Source: Candidatus Gastranaerophilales bacterium
GTDB taxonomy: Bacteria > Cyanobacteriota > Vampirovibrionia > Gastranaerophilales > Gastranaerophilaceae
Assembly: GCA_944323955.1 (NCBI GenBank)
Contig: CALUUK010000001.1
Span: 312,314-376,313 of the forward strand
Length of the DNA: 64,000 bases
Direction: 5' to 3'
This document shows, one piece after another, positions 1 through 9,517 of this stretch (the stretch's first letter is position 1; each line of letters opens with the position of its first letter). The notes below the pieces were generated by a model, which saw only the letters and a list, made by a program, of their open reading frames with translations, was not told where the DNA came from and did not search any database. The position numbers were made by a program, and so were the translations under genes.

Positions 1-2201
1 TTTTTTATTTCCTGTTCTTCATTTTTACGCTGTTCTAATCTTTTTTCCTCGTTATGCTTACTTTTTATAACAAAACTTGTGTTGTGCATTGTACGTTTTT
101 GAGGCGCAATAAAGTTTTTCCCGAAAGATGTTACCGGTTTTATACTGCCGTCATTATTTTCTTCAATTCGTTTTGTTTTTATTGTATTCACTGCTTTTGT
201 AAACGTATAAGAACTATCGGAATATGAATTTGAAGATTCACTGTAATCAATTAAATCCGCCGGAATTTCAGATATAAATCTGCTTGGATTATAGTACTGG
301 TAATTGCCCCACATCTTGCGTCTTTTTGCATAGCTAAGATATAAATTCTTTTTTGCCCGTGTTATGCCTACATACATTAAACGTCTTTCTTCTTCCATTT
401 CCGACGGTGAATCCAAAGACCTTCCGTGAGGGAAAATACCTTCTTCCAATCCCGAAAGAAAAACCGTATCAAATTCAAGCCCTTTGGCGCTGTGAAGAGT
501 CATTAATGTAAGCGCTTGTGTATCATCAACATAAGAGTCTATATCACTTACAAGTGAGACTTGCGACAGAAATTCGCCGAGTACATCTTCATCTTGAGGC
601 ACAAACTCTTTTGCAACGCTTATAAATTCCTGTAAATTGTCAATTCTTGTTTCTGCAGTGGTTTCATCTTCACTGTCTTTTATATCTTTTATATAGCCGG
701 AAGATTCAAGCACATGTCCGACAAATTCAGGCAGATCCATTTTGTAGAATACTTGTTGAAATTCTTCTATCATATTATAAAATGCCGAGAGTTTTACTTT
801 GACGGCCGGCGAAAAATCATCATATTCTTCAATATTTTTAAGAATATCCATAAACTTTACATCTGTTTTATTGGATATTTCCAATAATTTATCTGTTGTA
901 GCCGTACCTATTGAGCGCTTGGGGACATTAATAATTCTTCTCAGGCTCTGAGAATCATTCGGATTATATATAAGTTTTAAATATGCAATAATATCTTTAA
1001 TTTCTTTGCGGTCATAAAATTTCAATCCGCCGACAATCTTATATTGAATATTATTCGCCATACAGGCCTCTTCAATAGCTCTTGACTGCGAATTTGTTCT
1101 GTATAATACGGCCATATCTGAGAGTTGATTTGTTATTGAAAGTCTTTTAACTTCTCTAACCAGATTCAGTGCTTCATCAGACTCATCACTTGCGCAGTAC
1201 AGGCTGAGTTTATTTCCTCTTCCGAGATTTGAATATAAGTTTTTGCTAATTCTTTGCTTATTATTACAAATAACACTGTTTGCCGCATCAAGAATTGTCT
1301 CTATAGAACGGTAATTCTGTTCGAGTTTAATAAGATGAGTCTTTTTAAATGCAGCTTGCAAGTTCAATATTATCTTACAGTCGGCGCCTCTCCAGCTGTA
1401 TATTGATTGGTCAATATCTCCAACAACGCATAAGCTCTTATCGGGCGGAATGTCTTCTTCATCTTTATTATTTGTATAAATTGCTTTAACCAGATTATAC
1501 TGACAAATATTTGTATCTTGAAACTCATCTACCAAAATATGTCTGAAACGGTTAAAATATTTTTCTCTTACATTTTGAGACTTCTCAAGCAGTTTAACCG
1601 CTAAAACAAGCATATCATCAAAATCCAATGCATTATTTTTTTGCAGCAATTTTTGATATTCCGTATATATTTGGGCATAGCGCTCCGTTCTGTAATCACG
1701 TGCTCTTGTTGCAAATGTATATGCATCTTGCATTTTATTTTTTGCATTTGAAATGACTGTTTTTAAGAGTTTAGGCTGATAAATTTTCTCATCAAGATTT
1801 AAATTTTTTATGGCATTTTTAAGAATTGTATTCTGGTCAGTATCGTCATATATAACAAATTTATTATCATATTTTATACCGTTTTCATCTGTGTATTCGG
1901 AAATATCGGTTCTTAAAATGCGGCCTGATATTGAGTGAAAAGTCCCGACCCACATCTTTTTTGCCTTTTCCTCTCCCACCATCTTAGAAAGGCGCTGAAC
2001 CATTTCTTTAGCTGCTTTGTTAGTAAATGTAACGGCAAGTATTTCGTATGGAGACACACCCGAGTTAATCAAATGAGCTATTCTGGTTGTAAGAACCTTT
2101 GTTTTTCCGCATCCCGCACCGGCTAAGACAAGTATGGTACCTTGGTTTTGAAGTACCGCTTCTTTCTGCTCCCTATTTAATCCCTCTAAAATATTTGACA
2201 T
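1..2201 (-). CDS. pcrA: ATP-dependent DNA helicase PcrA/UvrD family, partial (C-terminus runs off the window start)
   Basis: It is absent from the ORF track because it reaches the window edge. Manual minus-strand translation from the ATG at 2199-2201 gives MSNILEGLNREQKEAVLQNQGTILVLAGAGCGKTKVLTTRIAHL...TFTNKAAKEM...WVGTFHSI (Walker A, motif Ia). VDEFQDTN (motif II) is encoded near 1500-1530. The codons I checked at the window edge (positions 3-110) and at both motif regions are open in this frame; the interior was not read codon by codon. Confidence 0.9.
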   Translation of the reverse strand, partial: MSNILEGLNREQKEAVLQNQGTILVLAGAGCGKTKVLTTRIAHLINSGVSPYEILAVTFTNKAAKEMVQRLSKMVGEEKAKKMWVGTFHSISGRILRTDISEYTDENGIKYDNKFVIYDDTDQNTILKNAIKNLNLDEKIYQPKLLKTVISNAKNKMQDAYTFATRARDYRTERYAQIYTEYQKLLQKNNALDFDDMLVLAVKLLEKSQNVREKYFNRFRHILVDEFQDTNICQYNLVKAIYTNNKDEEDIPPDKSLCVVGDIDQSIYSWRGADCKIILNLQAAFKKTHLIKLEQNYRSIETILDAANSVICNNKQRISKNLYSNLGRGNKLSLYCASDESDEALNLVREVKRLSITNQLSDMAVLYRTNSQSRAIEEACMANNIQYKIVGGLKFYDRKEIKDIIAYLKLIYNPNDSQSLRRIINVPKRSIGTATTDKLLEISNKTDVKFMDILKNIEEYDDFSPAVKVKLSAFYNMIEEFQQVFYKMDLPEFVGHVLESSGYIKDIKDSEDETTAETRIDNLQEFISVAKEFVPQDEDVLGEFLSQVSLVSDIDSYVDDTQALTLMTLHSAKGLEFDTVFLSGLEEGIFPHGRSLDSPSEMEEERRLMYVGITRAKKNLYLSYAKRRKMWGNYQYYNPSRFISEIPADLIDYSESSNSYSDSSYTFTKAVNTIKTKRIEENNDGSIKPVTSFGKNFIAPQKRTMHNTSFVIKSKHNEEKRLEQRKNEEQEIK

Positions 2202-2281
2202 GTATCTTTTATTTTTTTTAAAATATGCTATTATAAGTATATTATAAATATAAAATTATTTTAGACAAATTAGGAAAAAAT

Positions 2282-2845
2282 ATGTCAGACGAGAATAAAA
2301 ACGAGCAACAAATTATGGTTCCGATTGATGATGATTTGGATACGGTTAAAAATACCGATTCGAATACTTTGGACGCATTAGCCATGGAACTTGCAACAAT
2401 TCAGCAATCCGCAAAAAAAGTTGCAATTATAGGAAGCCGTAATCTTCCTATTACTCATCAGCAAATTATTGAAATTTTATCATATGCACTTGTTATACAA
2501 GGTAATACGGTAATTACAAGCGGAGGCTCAAGCGGAACAAATGCTGCTACGATTCGCGGTGCAATGAAGGCAAATCCCGATAAACTTCGAGTTATTTTGC
2601 CTCAAACTATAGGACAACAGCCCTCTGACGTACAAGACCAGTTAATCGGTGTTCCGAATATAATCGAACATCCTGACAGATCCATGATGACACTTGCAGA
2701 TGCAAGCCGTATTTGTAACAGAGAGATTATTGATGAATGTCAGCAGTTAATATGCTTCTTATCTCATACGTCAAATACGCTGCATAAGGCTATTCAACAT
2801 GCAGAAGATTCTCATAAAGTTGTAACGGCGTTTTATTTAGACTAA
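2282..2845 (+). CDS. DprA/Smf-like (SLOG Rossmann) domain protein
   Basis: VAIIGSRNLP...VITSGGSSGTNAATIRGAM resembles the DprA core (GSR...SGxAxGIDxxAHxgAL) but is short (187 aa) and lacks the His. Confidence 0.4.
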   Translation: MSDENKNEQQIMVPIDDDLDTVKNTDSNTLDALAMELATIQQSAKKVAIIGSRNLPITHQQIIEILSYALVIQGNTVITSGGSSGTNAATIRGAMKANPDKLRVILPQTIGQQPSDVQDQLIGVPNIIEHPDRSMMTLADASRICNREIIDECQQLICFLSHTSNTLHKAIQHAEDSHKVVTAFYLD

Positions 2846-4116
2846 GATAATCTTTTTATTATATCTTTTGCCGCAGCTTCACCCATTGAAAAGCAGCTCA
2901 TTTGAGTTCTTAAAGCTGCCTGTGCTTCAAAATCTGCGCTTAGTATTCTTCCTGTTGCATATAATTGATTTATTTTATCCGATATCAGCGCTTCTACAGG
3001 TAAATAGTATGTATGTTTTGTAAATTCCAATTTATCTTTTGAGTCCGAGTTGGAATGTATATCTATGGGATAGTTGCATGCTAATGCAATATTTTGGGGA
3101 ATATTCCCTGAAATAATGTCATTTTTTGTCATAGTATATTCACATTTGACTCTGTAGGACTCTCTTATACCCAAAAAATCAGCAATTTGGGAAATATAGG
3201 AAGATTCAAAGCCGGGTAAATATTTCCGGCAAAATGCCGAAATACGGTATATTCGTTCTCTTCCTTGTTTTAAAGATTGTGAATATACAAACGGATCGTT
3301 AGGATTTTGCCCCTCTTCAAGCAGAATTCTGGGACAATTAAATGCAATGGAGTCAGGCATTTTTGGTACTGAAAACATCTGAAAATACGCTGTATCAGTG
3401 CTTTTAAGTGTTCCGTCATCAATTGCACGTCTAAATAACGGTGCCAACGCCCATTTTTTTGATTTATCCCACGTATAAGCAGTAGATAAATACACTTGTT
3501 CATCCGTATATTGAACCGTTGTGACATTTCTGTCGCTATCAAACGCTTCAAGCCATGCCGCAAATTTAAAGGTATCAATACCGGATAAAATAAACCTCAT
3601 TCCTGGATTTTGTATTCTTTCGTCATTTTTTTGAAAATTGCAATTTAAAAGTTTAAAAATTTTTCCGTTAGAAGTGGCGTCTATTAAATATTTCGTTTCA
3701 ATATATAGCGATAATATCTTATGATTTAAAGTTACTCTAAAAGACTTATCCTCAGGCGAATATGTACACTTATCCGGCTCACAAGAGAATAATGTTGTGC
3801 ATTTTACAGAGGATAACATATCATCAAGCACTATTTTCAGCAGCTGAGGGTTAAACCATGCCTCATTTCCGTCAATATAAGTGTGTCTTGCATCGTATTT
3901 GTCGGCGAAAACCTTTAAATCGTTGAAAAATTCGGTATTTATTTCTTTTGTATCGACTTTCATTGAAGGAATAACCAGTCCCTGAGTAAGGGCACCTCCA
4001 AGCACATCCGTTTTCTCTACAAGCAGCGTATTTAATCCGTATTTTGCGGCAATATATGCACCTGCAACTCCTGATGTTCCTCCGCCAAAAATTATTAAAT
4101 CAAAATTCATAAACAC
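2842..4116 (-). CDS. FAD-dependent oxidoreductase (FAD_oxidored-like)
   Basis: N-terminal dinucleotide-binding motif DLIIFGGGTSGVAGAYIAAKYG...LLVEK..VLGG. Confidence 0.7.
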   Translation of the reverse strand: MFMNFDLIIFGGGTSGVAGAYIAAKYGLNTLLVEKTDVLGGALTQGLVIPSMKVDTKEINTEFFNDLKVFADKYDARHTYIDGNEAWFNPQLLKIVLDDMLSSVKCTTLFSCEPDKCTYSPEDKSFRVTLNHKILSLYIETKYLIDATSNGKIFKLLNCNFQKNDERIQNPGMRFILSGIDTFKFAAWLEAFDSDRNVTTVQYTDEQVYLSTAYTWDKSKKWALAPLFRRAIDDGTLKSTDTAYFQMFSVPKMPDSIAFNCPRILLEEGQNPNDPFVYSQSLKQGRERIYRISAFCRKYLPGFESSYISQIADFLGIRESYRVKCEYTMTKNDIISGNIPQNIALACNYPIDIHSNSDSKDKLEFTKHTYYLPVEALISDKINQLYATGRILSADFEAQAALRTQMSCFSMGEAAAKDIIKRLS

Positions 4117-4260
4117 CTCTAAAAAAATTTTATTATATTTTTATTTAAAAAAAATTTTTTTTATATTAGTTAACAAATTAATATCGATTAGCTATATAAC
4201 TATAATATTATTGTATATTATCAATATATACCGATACGATATGACAAACTTTAAAATAAA

Positions 4261-5313
4261 ATGTTATATAATAAAAACATGTTAAATTATTATTTTACAG
4301 AGACAGATGACGGTTCAACAGGACTTTATTCAAAAACGGCAGGGGATATTCTTCATTCAAAAGAAGGTGCACTAAAAGAAGCATTTGAAAAATTTATAAA
4401 TCCTGCAAATAAAATTTTAAAATCGAATAGTAATTTAAGAATTTTAGATTTGTGCAGCGGTGTCGGATATAATTTAAAGGCACTTTTAACAAAAATGAAA
4501 AACAAATGTGCTCAAATTGATTGTGTTGATATAAATTGGGATTTTATATTATTATCACCTTTTATTATTGACAATATAAACGACATAAACATGAAATTAT
4601 TTTTATTATCCGGATTTTCATTCATTGATAATTTTGTAGACAGAATTAATACTTTAATATCAAACCTGGAGGAGTCGGGTTTTAAGAAATTTTTATGCCC
4701 ATCTATGACGGATTTAATCAAATTTTTATTCCGAGAGGGGTATAAAGATAGCGGACGGACTCTAAAACTTTCATTTTTACATAATATATATTATAAGTAT
4801 ATATCTACTAGCATGAAATATAGCCTCAATTCCAATGAATATAGCAACATAGAAATAAATTACAAACTTGGGGATGCAAGAACTATTATAAAAAATTTAC
4901 ATAACCCGTATGATTTGGTTTTTCATGACGGATTTGCCCCTCAAAAAGATCCGACTTTATGGACTTTTGATTTTTTGTCTTTATTAAAAAATAATCTTCA
5001 TTATGATTCTTTAATTACAACATACTCAAAATCTTCTCCGTTCAGAAGTGCTCTGTGCAATTTAAATTTTTTTGTCGGTAAAACATTTTCTAACGGACTT
5101 GAAATTGGTACAATTGCTTCTTTAAATCATGACAATATAATTTGTCCTTTATCTGACCGCGATTTGAAATTATTAGAAACCAAAAGCGGAATATGTTATA
5201 AAGATCCTTTTCTTAACTTACCGTCTTCTGAAATTCTACGTAACAGGGAGCTTGAACAAAAAAATTCAAATAGACAATCACGTACTTCTTTTTCTAAACT
5301 TTATAGTCATTAA
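4261..5313 (+). CDS. MnmC/MnmD-like SAM-dependent tRNA (mnm5s2U34) methyltransferase domain protein
   Basis: DDGSTGLYS...ILDLCSGVGYN (SAM motif I) and GDAR...FHDGFAPQKDPTLW match the MnmC methyltransferase-domain signature (DAxFLDGFAPxKNPxMW). Confidence 0.6.
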   Translation: MLYNKNMLNYYFTETDDGSTGLYSKTAGDILHSKEGALKEAFEKFINPANKILKSNSNLRILDLCSGVGYNLKALLTKMKNKCAQIDCVDINWDFILLSPFIIDNINDINMKLFLLSGFSFIDNFVDRINTLISNLEESGFKKFLCPSMTDLIKFLFREGYKDSGRTLKLSFLHNIYYKYISTSMKYSLNSNEYSNIEINYKLGDARTIIKNLHNPYDLVFHDGFAPQKDPTLWTFDFLSLLKNNLHYDSLITTYSKSSPFRSALCNLNFFVGKTFSNGLEIGTIASLNHDNIICPLSDRDLKLLETKSGICYKDPFLNLPSSEILRNRELEQKNSNRQSRTSFSKLYSH

Positions 5314-5354
5314 TTTTATCGATATAAATCTAATAGATATATATCGATAAAATT
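5312..5354. repeat. Perfect 14-bp inverted repeat (aattttatcgatat / atatcgataaaatt), possible terminator or operator
   Basis: Arms at 5312-5325 and 5341-5354 directly follow the stop of the upstream gene. The stem is pure AT plus a CG core and there is no strong T-run. Confidence 0.4.
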
Positions 5355-5508
5355 ATTTAGATATTATCATTATATATCGTATAGATATTATATTCTAACA
5401 CACAACTTTTAATAAAATTTTTATTGAAAAATAATTACCGACAAAAAAATTTTTTTGGGGATAAAACATTTAAACTAAAAATTTATTATTTATGTGTGGG
5501 AGGAGATT

Positions 5509-6177
5509 ATGTCAGAAAAAAATATTAAATTAATGCTTGTTGAAGATAATAAACTTATTAGAACGGGTATAAAATCTCTGTTTGAAGAAGAGGAAGGATT
5601 TAGTATTATTGCTGAAGCAGAAAACGGCAGAGATGCCATTAAATTATCAATTAATCCTTCCATTGATATAATTATTTTAGATATGGTGCTGCCTGATATC
5701 AGCGCTCTGTCTGTAATAAAGACTTTACAGGAAAAAAAATGCCAATCAAAAATCATTATTTTATCATCGCATGACGAATATGATAAGATTGAAAAAGCAC
5801 TTTCTTTGGGAGTCTATGCATATGTAATAAAAGACATAAATACCGATATGCTTGTAAGCATTGTCAAATCGGTGTATATGGGCGCAATGTGGCTTGATCC
5901 TAAAGTTGTAAAAATTTTAAGAGATAAATCTGAGAAAACTCTTCCGTTAAAAGAAACCACACGTGCTGAATTCAAAAATAACCATGCCAATCTGACACAA
6001 AGAGAATATGAAGTTTTAAAACTCGTCGTTGACGGAAAATCTAATAATGACATAGCGCAAACACTTTGTATAAGCGAACATACAGCTAAAGCGCACGTTT
6101 GCAATATAATACAAAAATTACTCGTTGATGACAGAACGCAGGCTGCAGTTAAAGCGATTAAAGAAGGAATTGTATAA
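5509..6177 (+). CDS. NarL/LuxR-family response regulator (REC + LuxR HTH)
   Basis: KLMLVEDN...IIILDMVLPD (receiver Asp) and C-terminal LTQREYEVLKLVVDGKSNNDIAQTLCISEHTAKAHVCNI. The start is moved to the ATG at 5509, which lies behind GGGAGGAG (5498-5505). Confidence 0.9.
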   Translation: MSEKNIKLMLVEDNKLIRTGIKSLFEEEEGFSIIAEAENGRDAIKLSINPSIDIIILDMVLPDISALSVIKTLQEKKCQSKIIILSSHDEYDKIEKALSLGVYAYVIKDINTDMLVSIVKSVYMGAMWLDPKVVKILRDKSEKTLPLKETTRAEFKNNHANLTQREYEVLKLVVDGKSNNDIAQTLCISEHTAKAHVCNIIQKLLVDDRTQAAVKAIKEGIV

Positions 6178-6273
6178 TTATTTTTTTAAAGTAACGAAAT
6201 ATTAATTTTTTTCTTCATGTTAACAAATAAAATTATCATATACATTATAATTAATGTGAAATTTGGAGTGTTT

Positions 6274-7413
6274 ATGACAGAGATTACAAAAGAACAAAGA
6301 AAAATTAATATTGCCGAATTACCCGGAGAACTGCCTGATTATAACTCAACGTTTGAACCTAAAGATTCCATTATAAAGAAGTGGATTACAGACTGGATTT
6401 TATCAGCTGTATCAAGTAAAAAAATTAAAAATAATGATATTATGCCGTCAAAAGCGGAGTTGTCAAAGTATCTTGGTGTAAGTATCGGTACTGTTCAAAA
6501 TGCAATAAGATATGTAGAAGATTCCGGACTTTTAAAATCCAAACAAAAATTGGGAACAATGATATCTGCAGCAACAAATCCTGTTTCAAACATGCCTAAA
6601 TCCACAACAAAGAGAGATAAGGCTGTTCTTTCAATTAAAAAATATATTATACAAAAAGATTTAGCTGTTAATAAACCAGTTCCGTCCACAAGAAAAATGT
6701 CCGAGATACTGAATATATCACAAAATACACTCCGTTTAGCATACGAAGTTATGTGTGCACAAGGGTATTTTGTTTCAAGACAAATCCGAGGTAATGATTC
6801 AAATTGGATACTTGTAAAATATCCTAAATTATCAAGGGATGAAATGCTGTATGTAAATAACAATAAATCTGATACTCTTGTGGAGAAAATAACAAAAGAG
6901 CTTAAGGTTTATCTCTCATCTCATTTTTCTATCGGAGAGAAAATTCCCTCTCATGAAAAATTGGCTTTAACATTAAAAGTAAGCGTAAAAACAATTCATG
7001 ATTGCGTTAGTATACTTAATAATCAAGGCATACTTCTTTCAAGAAGAGGGCGTTACGGCACGATTTTATCTTCTGACCCTATGAAACCTCAACCCGAGCA
7101 GCAAAAAGAAAATTTTATTTTTTCTGATTCCTTCGAAGCATCTTTTTACTCTTATCAAAAAATTGAAAATAAAATTATTGATCTTATGCGCTCGGAATTT
7201 AAAATAGGCGAAAAACTTCCTTCAATGAAAGAGTTATCCGAAAAGTTTGAAGTAAGCACAAATACAATAAGAAAAGCGTTAAATTCAATTGCCGACCAGG
7301 GCTATATTACATTTGGCCGCGGAAGATACGGCGGAACATTTATTGTGGATATTCCCGAAGAAGAGCAGCAACAGTCTTATCAGTGGCTGTCTATCAATCC
7401 CGACTATATTTGA
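6274..7413 (+). CDS. Transcription regulator composed of four tandem GntR-type winged-HTH domains
   Basis: Four copies of the GntR wHTH pattern: IMPSKAELSKYLGVSIGTVQNAIRYVEDSGLLKSKQKLGTMI; VPSTRKMSEILNISQNTLRLAYEVMCAQGYFVSRQIRG; IPSHEKLALTLKVSVKTIHDCVSILNNQGILLSRRGRYGTIL; LPSMKELSEKFEVSTNTIRKALNSIADQGYITFGRGRYGGTFIV. The start is moved to the ATG at 6274, after GGAG. Confidence 0.75.
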   Translation: MTEITKEQRKINIAELPGELPDYNSTFEPKDSIIKKWITDWILSAVSSKKIKNNDIMPSKAELSKYLGVSIGTVQNAIRYVEDSGLLKSKQKLGTMISAATNPVSNMPKSTTKRDKAVLSIKKYIIQKDLAVNKPVPSTRKMSEILNISQNTLRLAYEVMCAQGYFVSRQIRGNDSNWILVKYPKLSRDEMLYVNNNKSDTLVEKITKELKVYLSSHFSIGEKIPSHEKLALTLKVSVKTIHDCVSILNNQGILLSRRGRYGTILSSDPMKPQPEQQKENFIFSDSFEASFYSYQKIENKIIDLMRSEFKIGEKLPSMKELSEKFEVSTNTIRKALNSIADQGYITFGRGRYGGTFIVDIPEEEQQQSYQWLSINPDYI

Positions 7414-7596
7414 TTTTATTATTAAAAAAACAATTAGATTAATTAAAATTTACATATTCCCGAATCAATACCAAACACTACCCAACAAAATATAGAAGAA
7501 TATACTAATGAAAGCAATAAAAAAAAATGTTAAAATTAATTTATAATTCGCCAAAGGGCATTTTATATATGTATTAGAAAAATAATGGAGGTTCCT

Positions 7597-7764
7597 ATGT
7601 CTAGTCTTGCTGCTGATGTTAAACCAGGTACACAAACAATTACGTCTAAATTTACGGAAGAATTTGAAAAATATTTAAAAATGCAATCATTAAAAACAAC
7701 ATTTAACGGTTGTGATATTGAAACTTTTAGTTGGTATAAAAAAATGCTGGGCATAGGTTGTTAG
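7597..7764 (+). CDS. Small hypothetical protein, 55 aa (below the ORF-track size cutoff)
   Basis: GGAGG at 7588-7592 sits 4 nt before the ATG. Translation: MSSLAADVKPGTQTITSKFTEEFEKYLKMQSLKTTFNGCDIETFSWYKKMLGIGC. A clean rho-independent terminator follows. The track ORF 7563-7754 on the opposite strand is probably its shadow. Confidence 0.55.
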   Translation: MSSLAADVKPGTQTITSKFTEEFEKYLKMQSLKTTFNGCDIETFSWYKKMLGIGC

Positions 7765-7794
7765 AAAAGTTTGATATACTATAGTTGATAAAAA

Positions 7795-7828
7795 AGCAGA
7801 AATATAAAAGTTTCTGCTTTTTTGTTTT
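7795..7828 (+). terminator. Rho-independent terminator
   Basis: agcagaaa (7795-7802) pairs with tttctgct (7811-7818), followed by ttttttgtttt. Confidence 0.75.
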
Positions 7829-7900
7829 AATAATAATCCAAATAGTGACTATTTGACATTATTCTGTTAAACTGTACATATCAGGTTAAGGGATATTGTT

Positions 7901-8686
7901 TTGATAAAAAAAATTATAATTTTTACATTATTAATATTATTCTTTTCGGCACTTCCTGCTAAGTTGCAAACAACAGCAGCATCAGCGGCTCAGGATGAGG
8001 AATTATTGATTATTCTTGATTATTCCGCATCAATGAATAAAAAATTAAATGACAAAACAAGAGCCAGATATGTATTACTTGCTCTGCACAGTGCACTGGC
8101 AAATCTTCCGCGTGAAACAAAAATAGGGTTAAGAGTGTTCGGCCCTGACGAGAACTATAAATCACTTATGCCCGGTGATAAACATACTTCACATGATTGT
8201 AAGGCATCATATTTGCGTGCACCTATAAAAAGTAATAATAAAACTTATATTTCTGATAGGTTATCAGAATATACATATCCTTTCGGGCAGACTCCTATTG
8301 AATATTCGTTAAGAGAAGCGATTAATAATGATTTTTCCAAGTCAGGCTGTATTAAGCATATTATTTTAATTTCCGACGGAACAGACACCTGCGGCGGTAA
8401 TCCTTGTAAATATATACAGCAAATTATGCAAAACAGAAAAGATATTATAATTGATACAATAAGCATTGCTGATTCAAACGGCAGTTACGGTGATCTTTCA
8501 TGCCTGCCAAGATTGACCTCAGGTCGTTATAAAATTGTAAAAACAGAAAATGACATACAATTATCATTTCAGTCATTTATCAAAACCACTTCACAAAATA
8601 TAAAAACAGTTGTAAAAGAGCCTGTTTTTACATCTGAAGATGATGATATAAAATATAATAATTATCTTTTTGAAATTGACTATTAA
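7901..8686 (+). CDS. Secreted von Willebrand factor A (VWA) domain protein
   Basis: Signal-peptide-like N-terminus, MIDAS motif ILDYSASM (DxSxS), ILISDGTDTCGGNPC. TTG start as given in the track. Confidence 0.75.
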   Translation: MIKKIIIFTLLILFFSALPAKLQTTAASAAQDEELLIILDYSASMNKKLNDKTRARYVLLALHSALANLPRETKIGLRVFGPDENYKSLMPGDKHTSHDCKASYLRAPIKSNNKTYISDRLSEYTYPFGQTPIEYSLREAINNDFSKSGCIKHIILISDGTDTCGGNPCKYIQQIMQNRKDIIIDTISIADSNGSYGDLSCLPRLTSGRYKIVKTENDIQLSFQSFIKTTSQNIKTVVKEPVFTSEDDDIKYNNYLFEIDY

Positions 8687-8756
8687 TATTAAGACAGAAT
8701 AATGACACTGTCTTTAATTTTTGATACTATTATTTATATCGGATTACGGGTGAAAA

Positions 8757-9509
8757 ATGAAAAATAAATTTGCAGTTATTTTATTTTTGGTTTTGATTGT
8801 TGTTGCAGGCGGACATTTTTCTTTTGCAGAACCTAACTTTACATATTCAACACCAAAAGATTATGTATTTAAACCATCTTTAGATGAGGATTCATCAGGT
8901 GAAAGAATACTGTTTATTGTTGATTTTTCAAACAGCATGAATGAAAGACTGGGACACCGGACAAAATTAGATATTGCGCTTTCTACAATGAAAGAAATAT
9001 TGCAGATGATTCCGGCTCACACTGCTGTAGGACTTCGTGTATACGGGCATAAAACGGGTTTTACTCCGAAACAAAGCTGCACTGCTTCGGATTTGGTATC
9101 TCCCGTACAAAAAAATAATGCCGTCAATATATACACAAGATTAAATTCCATTAATGCCGTCGGCTGGACGCCAATTACATACGCATTAAAGCAGGCAGCT
9201 TATTTTGATTTTCCGGATACAACCGGTAAAAAAAGAATTATATTAATATCTGACGGCGGTGAGAACTGCGATGAAAGTCCCTGTGATTTTATAATTGAAT
9301 TAATGAAATACAGGGAAGATATAAGAATTGACGTCATTGCTCTTGCTATAGGTGATGAAGATGCAAATAATCAGCTTAAATGCGTTGCACTGGTTACTTC
9401 AGGAAAATTTTATAATGCAAATACAGCAGCAGAATTAAAAAACAGCCTTCAAGACTCATTAAATCTGCAAAAAGAAGTTCAAGGCGTAATTATTGACACG
9501 AATAAATAA
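8757..9509 (+). CDS. Secreted VWA domain protein (paralog of the upstream gene)
   Basis: Signal peptide, IVDFSNSM (DxSxS), ILISDGGENCDESPC. The layout matches 7901-8686. Confidence 0.75.
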   Translation: MKNKFAVILFLVLIVVAGGHFSFAEPNFTYSTPKDYVFKPSLDEDSSGERILFIVDFSNSMNERLGHRTKLDIALSTMKEILQMIPAHTAVGLRVYGHKTGFTPKQSCTASDLVSPVQKNNAVNIYTRLNSINAVGWTPITYALKQAAYFDFPDTTGKKRIILISDGGENCDESPCDFIIELMKYREDIRIDVIALAIGDEDANNQLKCVALVTSGKFYNANTAAELKNSLQDSLNLQKEVQGVIIDTNK

Positions 9510-9517
9510 GGTTTAAA

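Noticed and set aside
3270-3578. This and many other short track ORFs are nested antisense or out of frame inside longer genes. Examples: 1935-2126, 4512-4721, 5490-5756, 5814-6104, 6495-6863, 15261-15668, 25755-26136, 36497-36991, 47348-47560, 48899-49559, 59166-59888, 60556-60897, 61136-61537, 62092-62343.
   Set aside because: Each lies entirely within a longer ORF that has clear family signatures. Their translations are low-complexity (Phe/Ile/Leu/Ser/Cys-rich), as expected for shadow frames in AT-rich DNA, and none has an RBS.
4117-5493. Recurrent ATCGAT-containing AT-rich motifs (atatcgatta near 4180-4189, ttatcgatat 5317-5326, atatcgataa 5341-5350, atatcgtata 5375-5384) flanking the mnmC-like gene, considered as possible operator sites.
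   Set aside because: Apart from the 14-bp inverted repeat reported as a feature, the copies are short and degenerate and cannot be distinguished from background in AT-rich intergenic DNA without statistics.
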